NCBI GenBank assembly: GCA_965153455.1
Contig: OZ234493.1
Span: 16,172,213 to 16,236,212, forward strand
Length of the DNA: 64,000 nucleotides
Reading direction: 5' to 3'
Origin: Sphagnum compactum
Lineage: Eukaryota
Below, piece by piece: positions 39,331-52,799 of this stretch; within the stretch, counting starts at the first letter, position 1; the number at the start of each line of letters is the position of its first letter. Below the pieces are notes generated by a model that had not been told where the DNA came from, did no database searches, and worked only from the letters and a program-made list of their open reading frames with translations. The translations under genes and the position numbers were made by a program.

Positions 39331-41100
39331 AGGGGCACATGGACAACTAAAGCATTGGAGGAAACTATAGAAGCAATTGAGGCAGGGGGTGTTTTGTGCA
39401 AGGAGCTTCTAGGTCATAGAGCATACCCTTGAACTCTCTATGTGACCATTCGAATGAGTGGATGCACAACAAGAAATGGGGGCCAAGGGGTGTACTCACA
39501 AATGCAGAAGATGATGTTGTCATGGCTTGGGTTTTGGCCATGCAAGAAGTACGCATGTCTGTAACTATGCACCAATTAAAAATGAAGGTGGCAAAAATGA
39601 CACAAACAAGGGCAACCCCATTTCAGAATGGTGTACTGGGCACAACTTGGTACCACTGGTAGGAACCGACATTTGGAAGTTGTCATATGAACCACATAAG
39701 GACTTGATGTCAATAGAGCACATGGCCTAACTACTAGTGCATGTAATTCATTTTACAACAACTTGTAGACATTGTATGACCAACACAAATATAGCCCAAA
39801 CCATATATGGAACTTGGACAAGATAGGTGTTCAAGTAAGGTGACAATCGGGAGCTAAGGTTTTGGCTAAGAAAGGGATGAACAAAATCTACAACATCATT
39901 CCTAAGTCTCGGGAATGGCTAACCATAAATTGTGTAGTGAATGCAATAGGGGATATACTACCAGGGTTTTACATTTTCAAAGGTGAACGGTTACGAGATG
40001 ATTACATTCAACTTAACAAACCTAGAACATGCATGGCAATGCAAAAAAAAAACCTTGGAGGACCTCATTTTTTTCAAAGAATTTTTGTCTTTTTTTAAGA
40101 AGTTTGTTTCGGGAGGAATTTCACTTACCAATAGGCACTTGTTAATTCTAGATGAGCATGGTAGTCATGTTACTTTGGAGGCCATAAAACAAGCACATGA
40201 ATTTGGATTTGACATGGTCACTCTCCTTGTTCACACCTCTCATGCCCTACAACCTTTCGATGTTTCTTGTTTTAAGCCTTTTAAAACAACCTTTAGGAAG
40301 GAAAGAAATGTTGCAATGTCCCAGAGCAATTACATGGAGCTTGATAAGATAACCCTAACTAGGTGGGTTGACCAAGCCTTTGAGAAATCAATCACAAAAC
40401 AAAACATTAGGTTTGGATTTAGGGTTACATGCATATACCTTCTAAACCTTAGGGCAATGGATAGCAAGACCGGACCTTCCAACATTTACACATTGGTAAT
40501 AAATGAACATGAAAGGGAAGAAGAGGAATCAAATGAGTAGCTTGAAGGAGATAAACCAGGAATTGAAGAGTTTGTTTCTACAAACCTTTAGATACACAAG
40601 ACAAGAGTACAAATTAAGGTTGAGAAATGTAATGTTAGGAATAGACATGAAGCAGAACAACGCTACTACTTGGACATGCCACGCAGCCCTGCAGAAATTG
40701 ATGATAGGGTAGAGGAGATAAACATTGAAGACATATTGGATATTGAAGGGGAAGATAGGGCAGCCAACTGGGAGGCAATTGAACTTCATGAGCTTGGACA
40801 TCAAAAGGAGCAAGAATCGCTTAATTTAACACAAGAGTTCATGAGGATTCATAATCTATTATCATTGCCACATTTATTTACAAAACATACCAAAGGTAAG
40901 GAACCGTTAGTAAACTACTTTCAATCACATGTCGTCACTTCCGAGGAATATTTTACTATCTTGAAGAAAAAAACCATGGACAAAGCAACTATTGATGTAG
41001 CCAGAAACGCAAAAAGGAAGCAAAATGAAGATGATAGGTTGAGGAAGGCAACTAATACCCCAACCTCGGCAGAACGGGCAACCCTACGAAAGCCTAAGAG
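39331..41100 (+). mobile_element. Decayed pogo/Fot1-like (Tc1/mariner superfamily, DDE_1) transposase
   Basis: HTH-psq-like start (RGTWTTKALEETIEAIE) and CENP-B-type HTH (LTNAEDDVVMAWVLAMQ). Catalytic motifs WNLDKIG, LLILDEHGSH and HTSHALQPFDVSCFKPFK. Multiple stops and frameshifts. Confidence 0.85.
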
Positions 41101-41627
41101 GTAGGCCAAAGCCACCTTTGATGCATAGTGGTCCCCTATAGCTAATACCATAACCCTGGTAGAACAAACAACCTTGCAAGAGGCTAAAAGGCATGCCAAA
41201 ACCACCTTTGATGCACAATGGTCCCTTGTAGCAATAAGAGTGGTTGGAAGATGATTGCAATAGAACATCCAAGCAATTTCCACCATTAGTTTGCACACAG
41301 GTGAAACAACACTTAATTTGGGGATCACAAGTACTAGTCAACAATAAGCAAGAATAATAACAAGATCAAGAATGCAACAAAATGATTCAACGTTAAGTGG
41401 AACAATGAGTGTTGTAGTAGCTAATGTAACGTCGATTACATCACCAATTGTTTCAATAGCCAATGTAGCACCAAATCAACCAGAAAATGTAACAACGACC
41501 CATGCATCTACGAATGTTGCATGGCCAAGTGTTACAATTGCCTAGGTATATCAAATGGGGAGGGGATGGGGGAAAGGGAGTGGGGAGCCAAAGCTTAGAA
41601 GGAATAAGAACTTAGAATAATTACATG

Positions 41628-42600
41628 ACCAGGAACTAAAGGAGCCAACAACTAAGAGCAAAAGGAGCTATGATTAGGAGCAAGAAAAGCTATAGACCAA
41701 GAGTAAAATGAGCTAACACAACCAGGAGCAACAGGAACTACAACCAAAAACAAAAGGAGTTGGATTAGGAGTAAGAAAAACTATAGACCATGAGCAAGAG
41801 GAATTACAAACTAGGAGCAAAAGGAGCTCCAACCAAGAGCAAGAAAAGCTACAACCCAAAAGAAAGAGGAATTAAACTAGGACCAAAATGAGCTAAAGAC
41901 CAAAAGCAAAAGGAGCTACCAACCAGGACCAAGAGGAGCTTTAACCAAGACCAAGAAGAGCTTTAACCAAGACCAAGAGGAGCTATGAACTAGGAGCAAG
42001 AGGAACTACCACTAGGAACAAGAGGAGTTGCCAACCAGGAACAAGAGGAACTGCCAACCAGGAGCAAAAGGAGCTTCGACTAGGTTCAAGAAGAGTTGCA
42101 GACCAAGAGTAAAAGGAGTTTGACCATGACCAAGAAGAGCTAGAGACTAGGAGCAAGAGGAGTTATAGCCCAAGAATAAGAAGATTTACCAACCAGGAGC
42201 AAGAGGAGCTACCAACTAGGACCAAGAGGAGCTCTGACCAGGACAAAGAGGTGTTGCAAACCAGCAACAAGAGGAGTTACGAACCAAAAGCAAAAGGAAC
42301 TATGAAGTAGGAGCAAAAGGAGCTCTGATCAAGATAAAAAAAACTACAAACCAAGAGCAAGAGGAGCTAGACCAAGACCAAGAAGATCTAGAGACCATGA
42401 ATAAGAAGAGTTGCTAATTAGGAGCAAGAGGAGTTTTGACTAGGACTAAGAGGAGCTGTAGATAAGCAACAAGAGGAGTTGCGAACCAGGAGCAAGAGGA
42501 GCTATGACCAAGAGCAATAAGAGTTGCAACCACCCAAGAGTAAGAGGAGCTGCCTATTAGAAATAAGAGGAGCTTAGACCAGGAGGTTCGAAGAGCTTTG
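41628..42600. repeat. Degenerate minisatellite, about 21-bp unit (consensus about ACCAGGAGCAAGAGGAGCTAC), about 45 copies, purine-skewed
   Basis: GGAGCAAGAGGAGCT-like core recurs every 20-22 bp across about 970 bp, downstream of the pogo relic. Confidence 0.85.
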
Positions 42601-45600
42601 AGGAACATGAAAAGGAAGTAGATTCAACATTTTGCATCTTGATCACTACCTCCCAAAGAGGATTTGCAAGCCCAAATTTTTGAGAGAAGTAATTAGAATG
42701 TTAGTTCAACAAAAAGAACAAGGAGAACGAGAATAGAGTGTGGCGCCCGTAGTTCTGTTGCACAACAACATTTGACGAATTAGGGATTAACGAACTTAGG
42801 TTTAGGGTTGAACGTTCTTTGGATTTTTTGTGACCAATCGATCAGACGAGATGCATCTAGATTGCTATGGTGATTTTGTGAATGTTAAAAGGAGATGAAT
42901 GTTTGCTTTGGGAAAAAATTCATCCCAGGGATGGAGGTAGGTAACGTACAATTATGCAAAAACAAGGGCACGCTCATAGCAAGGAAGTTGTATGGACAAC
43001 AATAAAAAGGTGTATGAAATTTTTGACCCCTTTCACTTTCAGTGGCCACAACTTACTTGTTTCTTCACCATTTTAGGCAATTCAAAACGTCATGGGAACA
43101 CCCATAGCCAGCTTACATTTGGTCTTAGAAAAGCATTGCCAACCGATCATTCAATACGAAAACACAGGTCTACATGCCATTAAGTGTCTAGACACCGGCC
43201 TCTCTACCCTAGTCTTGAAAATTGTTCATTATCCATTTCAACCTTGAGGTTGAAATGAAACCATGGTGAATGAGATTGTTTTTTATTCTAATTTGTGTGC
43301 CCTTATCTTGCTTCCATAATGATGGCTTTAAAAAAAAAGGATTAAAATTTTGGCATCTTACTAGGAGAAAAAAAAGGGATTTTTAGTGTGACTAAGGTTA
43401 GTTTTTATCTATTTTTGCACGTTAAAATAGAGGTGCATTAAAAGTTGAGGTCTAAACTCCAAGGGCTCAACGTGTAAGAGCCAAAACACATGAACCCCTA
43501 TATTCTCGATCCCTGAAGGGTCCTTAGTCCTTACCCTTCATCCGCGAGATTTTGGAATGCAGCCCGCACTGCGCTACATGTGCGAAGGCCTCTCTCCATC
43601 CAAACTACAACGTTCCATGCTCTCTCTATATTCAATTGCAAAACTCCATCTACATTCCTACCTATCTACACACACAGACTATCTTGCAACAACCTTTGTC
43701 TCCTTCTATCAAATAATGTGGTCCTCTGACAGTAATGAACAAATGGCCTTCATCTTCATCCCTGTCTCCACAGTCGCAAAGAAAGAAACAGGACTAATAC
43801 CGCCAAAAAAACCCATTGAGAAGGTCTGCACACGGTGAACAAAAATGGAGAGAGAAGAACTTACCTCTTTGTTGCAACTGTGGATTTGTGGTCTGCGCAC
43901 AGTTTTGCTTTCTTGTTAGCCCTGTTGCAAAGGTAGTTAGACGACAGAGTGTTGTTTAGAAGATGGTTGAAGCTATGGCTGTTGGACCCATAGCTTGATT
44001 GTTGGATCCTCTGGGAGTCAGATCTGGAACTGCCTTTGCATATCGGCCGAGAGAAATTTTGACAAACGTGTGTGCGAGGGGGGCTTGGTTTCAGAGATTG
44101 ATTTCCATGTGTATGGAAATGTTGTGCATGATGAGTTTCTTTCTGCTGACTTTAGAGCTACTTCATTTTCGCCTCGCCGGCAGAAGCTTCACAAAAGTGA
44201 GCTACGGTTTCACAAATTTTATGGCTTCTCGTTTTTAAGCAGATCTCTAACCTAACCTAAGAGATTCTCTCTCTAGGACATACGTCGAGCTTGTGTGAGC
44301 CTTTCTTTGATGAACTAGTATGTGAGTTTTTGGTGTGTCGACTTGAAATCCAGAAAACTCAGTGAAATAGGGGGGAGGATAACAATGTGCACAATTAAGC
44401 CGGCATCCAGGAGCACGCATGTAGAAGTTCTGCCACTGATATGGATGCGACTATGTGACACAGAGATCAAACATTACAGACGCTGTATGCTCGTCCTGAA
44501 TGCTTGCGGGTCTTGATGGAATGGGCCTGGTTGTTCTGCACATCTCATCGTCTGCAATCTATCTATCTATCTATCTATCTGTCACCCACGCAGTGATGAT
44601 GCTACTCTTTCTTTGAGATTAGAAACCATGATGCATGCAACTTTTGTTATCAACCCTCTTGTCACTGTTTTTCATACTGCTTGTGCCTTTTTTTGTTTTT
44701 GCAGTTTTGTTCTTCCACTTCTGGGTTGTTCCTTCTTCTGGGTTCTCAAAATCCTTATCTGGAAATCCTTCTAGTTCCAATTGCTGTGTTTGAAGCATGG
44801 ATCTCTTCTGGCAAGGGCTCTGCACCTTTGGTATGGTCCTAACCCGAAAAACCCTAAATCCTTACCTTCTCTGCAGCATGCATCACATGGATTGCTTGAT
44901 GATCAACTCATTTTTCTAACTCCATATGGTTGTGTCATAGTGGCATTTAGCAACTAGGTTAAGCCTAAACCCATTTGACAACCCATCCTTTCCAAAGGAT
45001 GTTGCCTACATTTGAGTTGGCAATGATGCACATACCCATAGTTTGTTAATTTTGTGGTAACTGACTTCATGTTTTGGGGCGTGTTGGGGACTTTTGGGTG
45101 TTTTGTTGTGCCAAGCAAGTGTACACATGCTTCTAGGGTAGATTGTTACATATGATTATCAATCCTTATTCTACTTTTCAATGTCCATATTTGTTGTGCA
45201 CTTATTGTTGATAGTTATAATTTTCAATGTGACTTGCTAAACTGTTTAGAATGACAAATCCATTTTTTTGCTTGTCACACAACAACTTCTACTAGCTTGC
45301 TGCTGGTTGAAAGTTTCTTATTTCTTATTACCCATGCCACAGAATGATGTGGTAATTTTCTTAGTTCAATTTGACACTTAAAACCCTCTTTCAGGTTTGG
45401 GTTTGTTAATTGCTTTTGAACAGACTCAAGCTCCTTTTTTAAAGTACTCTGGAATGGTCAAGCTCCTGCTTATTATGTTGGGTAAGATGCCAGGCAAGCC
45501 ACATCATGCACCCAACATAATGGGCAAGGATGAGGCCATTCACTGACATTAAGGTCTGGGGTGGCATATTTGAAGACAGAAGCACTTTAGGATGTGATTG

Positions 45601-47482
45601 GAAGCTTTGGTGGGAGAAAACTAATGTGGGGCCTTAATTTAGTTCACGACATTGTCGGAACTTTGGAGCATCAATGCAAACCAGTTGTGAGTATGGTGCG
45701 ATTGGAGACTTTTGAGTTCACTGCAAAAAATCAAGATTTCTTTTCCAGATTGCAGGGAGTTTTGGGAAACATCGGGAACAAATGACTGATTAAAACAGCC
45801 AAAGATGCTTCTCCAAAGGAACAGAACAAATCAAAGCAAGTTCATGATCGCGTGGATTGTCTGAAATTCTTCATTTTCACATTTTGATGAAACAGACTCC
45901 AAATTCATACTGAAAACATGTAAATGTCTCACAGATACATGTATATCTATTCTTACTGTCACAGTTCACCTCTCCAAAATCCTTGCACTGATGTGAAGTC
46001 CCTTCTCTTTGGATTCACACAACCAAGCCTAGTATTGTCATATCCACTTACTGACAGACATAGGTAGGTGCTAGAACAACGACACATATCTTGACTTATG
46101 AGAATTTCTTCGAGTTCTTTAGCCATGCAAGCATTCTGCTGCAATCAGTGGGCTTCAGATCTCACAACATAGCAGCAATCAATATTCAGAAAGTGCGCAA
46201 TTGAGATAATCCAACCATAAGAAAACAAGACCAGAAACAAAAACCAAGGAGTAGTTCGAATGACTGGTTGCACGAATGTTCATGGACCTTCTAACATGTA
46301 TGGTATACACCACCAATCATAACATCCCCACTGACTTCATGAGCTCCTGACAATGGGTGAAGGTTATGTGAAACATTAGCCAATGTACTGGAACCTGCAT
46401 TACACAACCTGAAAGAAGGGATGGTAGCATCTTAAGGATCATCTAGACAAGCTGATTGTAATGCACACAGGAAAGTTTCTTTCCTTGTTCTTCAAGGGCT
46501 TGTGCAGGCACATACAAATCATTATCTAACTTCTTACAGCTTGTACAACACTGCGCTACAGCAAATTTACCAAATCTCTTTGGCCACACAATGATGTCAC
46601 TACAAACATTATACTGTCACAGGGAAATTAGGTCAAGAAGACACCATCAAAAGCATAATTGCAACAGAACAAAATGTAACATTCCTGAACAACACAATAC
46701 AGCAACATCATCAAAAAATATCAGTTAAAGCACTATAACATGCAGGAGATGGATAAGAACCTGCAGGGAATGGACCTATTTTGATGGACATAGATGTGCT
46801 AGTGAACGTATAAGGTCATCACCTGTACATGACTCAAATACTTAAGCACATAACAACCCAATCCACCATCCGAAGGGCCACCAAACTGCTGAACTGAACC
46901 CCCACCAAAGCATACAGAAATAGCAGACAGAAATGGAGATACACTTCCACTTCCTCTGAATCAACATCTTAAATCCTGATTCCAATGATGATAAAGGGGG
47001 AATAGATCAATATCATACGGTTATGATCCAGAACCAAGGTTTCTCCCACTGGAGGATCCACAGAAACACATTAGGAAAATCAGAGATAACTGGATACAAC
47101 TGCCTCAAACCGAAATTTCCATTTCTGTTTCATCACAAATTGAAACAGAAAACCTGAAGAGACAATACACTGGTGGTGCAGATCTCACATTGCACACCAA
47201 TTCAAGCAATTGAAACTTCTCTAACTTGTGGCCATAACACAAACTTTTTTATCTTCAGCAAATGCGTGATACTTTACTTCCAATTAAGAACGTTCACATA
47301 ATCATATATAGTCAAATGAAGGCAGATCCCTATAAATGGTCCATGAATTTCCATACGAAGATCAAACTTCAATTCCCAAGGTAACTGCCAAATTCTACCA
47401 ATTTCATGCACATTAAAGAATCTCTTCTATCTCATCACTAGCATCGAATGTAATAATCGAAGCGTCCGCACAAAAAGGCATA

Positions 47483-47923
47483 TCACACAACCATTTGAGC
47501 AGGACCTCGACGACACTCATTCAGCATGTCGACGTAGAACTGGCACTTGCCAATATCACTGCCGTTGGCATTCAGACAGTCCTGGAAAGCCTTAGACTGG
47601 TTCACGCATGAATCCATAGCCACGGGAGACGCAAGCGGCGCGGCACCCCCTACTCCTCCTCCAACCTCCTGTTGCACTACTTCATGCTGAACGGTGCGGG
47701 GTCCCATGATGGAATCCACGGCTCTATGCGCCACGGCACTCCCTGTCCCGAACGCCATCCCTTGCGCAATAGTGCCGGCCAAACCTCCAAGCATAGACCC
47801 TCCACCACTGCTCTGCTGTATGGGAGCCGGAGGTGGAGCATGATGCACCCGCGCTGGTGGAGGTGCCCCTCTTGCCATCGGCCGCGATCCACTTCGCCCT
47901 CCTGCACTCCTTTGACGAGGCAT
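47483..47923 (-). CDS. Mitochondrial intermembrane-space twin CX9C CHCH-domain protein (CHCHD2/CHCHD10/Mix17/At12Cys-like), 146 aa, single coding exon
   Basis: ATG at 47923 gives MPRQRS.... Features: Arg/Pro-rich N-terminus, conserved hydrophobic segment GTIAQGMAFGTGSAVAHRAVDSIMGPR, and CX9C-X10-CX9C (CVNQSKAFQDC...CQFYVDMLNEC). The ORF-track start at 47938 is a GTG upstream of the real Met. Confidence 0.92.
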   Translation of the reverse strand: MPRQRSAGGRSGSRPMARGAPPPARVHHAPPPAPIQQSSGGGSMLGGLAGTIAQGMAFGTGSAVAHRAVDSIMGPRTVQHEVVQQEVGGGVGGAAPLASPVAMDSCVNQSKAFQDCLNANGSDIGKCQFYVDMLNECRRGPAQMVV

Positions 47924-48121
47924 CCTTGCAAAAAACACTTAGGTGCTAAAAAAAAAGTCTCTGGAGCGGGAAAAAACCCCCCAAAAATCACAAGAAAGAG
48001 AGAGAAAACTACAACGATGAAGAAAACACGCTGCAATAAAGAAAAACACACTGCGATTCACAAGCAACGCAGAGGAAGACAACAGAATTCCGAGATGTTG
48101 GCGAAGGAAGACGACGAAAGC

Positions 48122-48293
48122 AAACCCTAAACAGAGCTTCTGCTTTTTGTAGGAACTGGGGTTTCGTGAAGGAAGGGGAAAGGATCTTGCGGGCATATTA
48201 CGCCTGCCCGCGAAAAGGATGATGCACTTTCTGCGCGGAATAAAGGCTGCCCAAGAAAACGGCAAAACACTTTCCGCGCATAATCAGGCTGCC
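48122..48293 (-). promoter_or_regulatory. Putative proximal promoter of the CHCH gene: telo-box, E2F-like site, inverted and direct repeats
   Basis: AAACCCTAA at 48122-48130. Inverted repeat GCGGGCA...TGCCCGC at about 48189-48210, overlapping TTTCGCGG on the minus strand. Direct repeat CACTTTC.GCGC..AAT.A.GGCTGCC at about 48225 and 48268. Confidence 0.4.
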
Positions 48294-51200
48294 GAACTTT
48301 CTAGAAAAAACAATCAGTCCTATTTCCAATGCGCCTTCCGACGCTTGACAGTCACACATTCTATTCTTTCAAAAATAGAATAAATGTTTATTTACAAGTT
48401 TACATATATATTTCAGTGTTTTTGGGAAAAATTTTGTAGTTTTTTCGCCAAAGAAATTGGGAAATTTATTGGAAATTTTTTTCTAGTGTACGTTCGACAA
48501 ATTTTGCTATTAAAAAAAATGACCAATTTTTTATAATCTCAAAAATGGAAAAAAAAACCCATGTAATATATAATCACATTTTATAATTGATATTAACATA
48601 TAATATGCAAAGTACATACTGATATATAATACAAATAATTATATAACAACATTTTATCTTTTAACCTGATATTAATAGGATTTTTTTGGATGAACTTTGA
48701 AGATTAAATTTCATTGGTTGATAGGTGAAATACTGGTCGGAATGGTGATAACTCTTGTGAGCATTTCATTTTTTCAAACTCCCTCTCATCATTTTTATTT
48801 TATTTTCTTGTGATACTCTATGGGTATCCAATGGGTATGTCCTATGGGTACCCATCGGATGTCACAAGAAAATAAAATAAATAATAAATTCAAAATTTCG
48901 TCAATTTTTACATTGTGCAATACCCTTGTGCCAAGAAATTATAGGCCTTCAACCTCCACCCTAGTAGGCTTTTTATTTTGGGAACGACCCAACCTCGGCA
49001 TTGCCTTACTACGCTTAAGACCCCTTTCACACTTAAGGAGTAGGTGTAAACACCCTTTCTCACTTATGCCTCATGATCATTGGTGCATTTTGATATGTTT
49101 ACTTACTTTTCTTGTGACAAGTTAGTTTTCATTTTGCATTTCAATGTGAAGAGCAATTTTAACAAATGCATTTCACATGATGAGTTGACAAAACTTTAAT
49201 GTTTCATGTAAAAATATGAACATCAAAACGTATCAAATTAACAAAAATGAAATACGACTTTGAACTTCTTGCAACGAATCCCAACTAAGAATTCTTTGAT
49301 TTTTCTTGTTGTGCCACACTTCAAACATTGCCCTCCGAATGAATATTCTCCAACTTTATGTTACATGATGACACATGCATACAAGCTTTCAAATTTTCAA
49401 CTTCAATCAATGCTATCAATTGCTCATTTTGTTGGGGTTTGATGAATAGAAAGATTACTTAGCTTAATTCACAACTTATTGAAAAAATGTCTTGGTAGGC
49501 ACATTCAAGCAAGTTCAATGAACTAATTCCCATCACCTACAATGGTATCATGATACAAACTAAATATTCAAGTGTTTTGAATATTATAAATATTCAACCA
49601 TTACACTAATCATGGTCTAATTTTAACATTTCTCAAGTTGATGTTTTCTAAAAGGCCTCATTCAAGAAGGTGAAGGTACCAATGTTAGGTGTTGGTTGAA
49701 TTTAACTTTCCATCCATTAACAAGTGCATTTTTAATTATTATTTTGGACAGTCTATGTTTTATTTTGTTTTTTCATGTGACATGTTCTTTTTTTCCTTGC
49801 AATTTTTTGACAAGCAAAAGTTTTTTGGTCTAACAAATTGCTTGTGATGGGTGCAAAAAAAAAAAAACCTTGCTCATGATCACCAATGTTTATGTTCACA
49901 ATAAGCTTGGCCTCATGTTTTACAATGGGTAGAGCCCATAGGTGAGGGACATTCCCAAAATGTGAGCTAAATTCAACTATCACTTTGTCCTAAGCCCCTT
50001 ATATAAACAATTCCCCCACTTTGAGGCCTCACCTTACACAATGACATCCAAACATCATGCAAGAAGTGCATCCCCATAGCTCACTTTGTGAGTCCATTTT
50101 TTCATGACTTTTTGGCATTTTCACATTCCTAGGTGAGTTCCCTTTCATGTTCCTTTTGTCAAACCACATTTGCATTTGAATCAACTCTCATGCTTACCCC
50201 ATTCCTTTGTCTCCACATCATTTCAATCCCTATTATCAAGAATATATATCCAATGACTTGTGATAAGAATGCTTTTGATATTATTAATGTATTTATGTTA
50301 AGGTTGTGATCTATAGTTTAACCTCAATAATGGGACATTAAATTAATATGACGCATTTTCACATGACCAAATTTCTTAGTTCAAAATTACCCATATAAAT
50401 TTGCACTCACACTTGGTGCTAAAGACTCTAGTATTAAGTCCCCTAACACCAAGCTAGTCATTTAGGACCTAAACCTATTTACCACAAAGAATTGATGTTA
50501 AGTTAACATTCATTTAATATTAAACAATCACCCATTTAACATTGGATGCCACCTAAGATGCCACCTAGATTTTCACTTAACATTAGTGTGAATGCACGTT
50601 AATACAATCACAACACACATAAATATGATAATCAAAACTACACATTTGCCATATACTAGAGGTAATTATTACTAAACTTGGATGAATTTCATATAAAAAA
50701 TTCTAGTTGAAAGAATAATATTTCATTCATTCATGAAAGAATTTTCTATAAAAATTTCAATGAAATTTGGAAAGAACTGAAAAAATAATTGGGGTCATGT
50801 TTTAGGGTTTATAATTTAACATGCCTTTTGTGTGTTACTTCAATGGTTCTTTTGCATTGCCATTTTGACAATTGCCTTGTGGTTATCAATCCTACTTATC
50901 ATTTTTTCATCATTTTTTCATGTAAAGTCATTCAATTGTATCAATTCATTGATTTATCAAATTAAGTAATTCTTGTTCATGGTCTTATATTTATGATGGT
51001 ATGTTATTCAATTCTTAGTATGAAAGCAAGTTGTTAAAGGAAAATGATTGATTTGACATTTTGAGAGAAGAAAAAACTAACTTCTATACGTAAAGCTCAA
51101 CAAAAGATTGTACAGATCACAAATGAGATTGTTAAAGGTGTCAAAGGAGTTAAAAAGCCAAAGTTCCCACTTGTGGTTATTTTGTTAACATGGTTCAAAC

Positions 51201-52799
51201 ATGTGATTGCCCTTAGTTTGATCTTGTGATTATACATTATGCTTGATTTAAATCAAACATACCATCATCCACTCAAATTGACTTCTTGAATTGTTTTTGT
51301 TTGATTATTCTTGTTATGAACATATATGTTCGAAGGATGAGGCCTTAATAGATGATATGTATTGAAAAAAAGGCCACAACCATTTGAGAAACATATTTTT
51401 ATACATTTTACAAATGACCAAAATAAAGTTAATTAGTATAAGTTAAATTGTCTTATGAATGATCACAACTTGAGCTATGTAATGAAAATGGAAAAAAAAA
51501 CCAAGGACACTTGAGTTTAGACTCCAAACTTGGATTATGTGATCCACATGTGAGCACAACATTGGATAGAGTTCAATCTTCTCACGCGCTGGTTTATAAA
51601 GGTTGACTCGTAGTCGATTCATGTGTCTATCATTCCATTGATCTTTATAGTCCCGTTTGTTGATTTTCTTACAACATGAGGTTGTTTTGCTTTGTAGTTC
51701 AAGAACATGTTTCCATTGCATAAATCCGCCAAGTTCTTGTTTGAACACTTTGTTGAAGTCTTCTACTGTAGTCTTTTTTTGCATTTGTGAATATACATAG
51801 ACCAATTCTTTTGCAGGTTGTCCCAAGTTTAATCTATAGGGCCTCTAGAGATATGGTAATGTAATAGGTTTTTTTGGTGATGGTTTGCAACTTCAAGTTC
51901 ACAGCCTTGAAGGTTTATGGCATTGACTGACAACTCTACCAATTAATTAAATGCACCACTTCCAAATCCATATGAGGAGCTATGACATAGAAAAATCATC
52001 TCCAATAAGCTTCGACTTGTAGACATCTTGCAAAATGTCAACCTATAAGTTTTCTAGCAACCCAATGTGGAGTAAAACATGCATCCTAGCTTGTATTCTT
52101 AAAACCCTAGGCCTGGGTGTAGGGTTCATCTAGATACATAGCTTCACAACATTGTTTTCAAGTATTGTTAATTGTTTTCAAATGTTAACCAGGTTTTTTA
52201 TTTCAAATGAAAATATTGGAGCTATTAAAATGGTTGTTGTGAAGCTTAAAGAAGCATTGTAACCCAACTCCAACAACTTAGCCAAAGAAGAGAGTTGTTG
52301 CACCAAGGTCTATGGGACCCACAAAATTGCAACTTTCACCCACATTCCAAATATGGCTGATGTGGACAACAGAGAAGGCTTGGAATTCATGGAAGATGAT
52401 TATTTAGGCTCTGATGATGAGCCTCTTGAAGAATTGTGCCCCTTCCCCATTGATGAAAAGACTGGTGATAGTGTTGAGGACACTATCCCTTTGCCACCTA
52501 AACGTCAGCAAGATGTGGGCAAGTTTCCGTTCAAAAATAACGTGCCAACACAAGTAAGGTTTCCTATTTGTTGAAACCCCTTGAATCTCAAATTGTAAAT
52601 TGGTGCATGTTCTTGCATTTTAGATTAAGGTTTTCGTTATTATGGTCCATTATTGGTTCTATAGTGGTATTTAGTATGGTATACAATAGGAGATCTTATG
52701 TCACCATTTTCAGAACTTGGGAATTTTCCCATGTCTATGCCTATGTAGAACTAACCACCTTCATTTCCATTTTTTAATTTCCATTTATTGAGAAGAGGT

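Noticed and set aside
44593..44700. C/D box snoRNA (GTGATGA box C; similar boxes near 44129 and 46984)
   Set aside because: No suitably spaced CTGA box D, terminal stem or recognisable rRNA guide.
7056..47923. LPXB and the CHCH gene as a mitochondrial functional gene cluster
   Set aside because: They are about 37 kb apart, separated by TE debris, and share no pathway; co-location is expected by chance.
48345..48357. Mitochondrial dysfunction motif (CTTG-N5-CAMG) in the CHCH promoter
   Set aside because: The best match is CTTGACAGTCACA, which fails at the last position.
51443..51826. 127-aa minus-strand ORF as a host gene
   Set aside because: Non-ATG start, flanked by stop-riddled TE-like sequence, no recognisable family; probably transposon-derived but unassignable.
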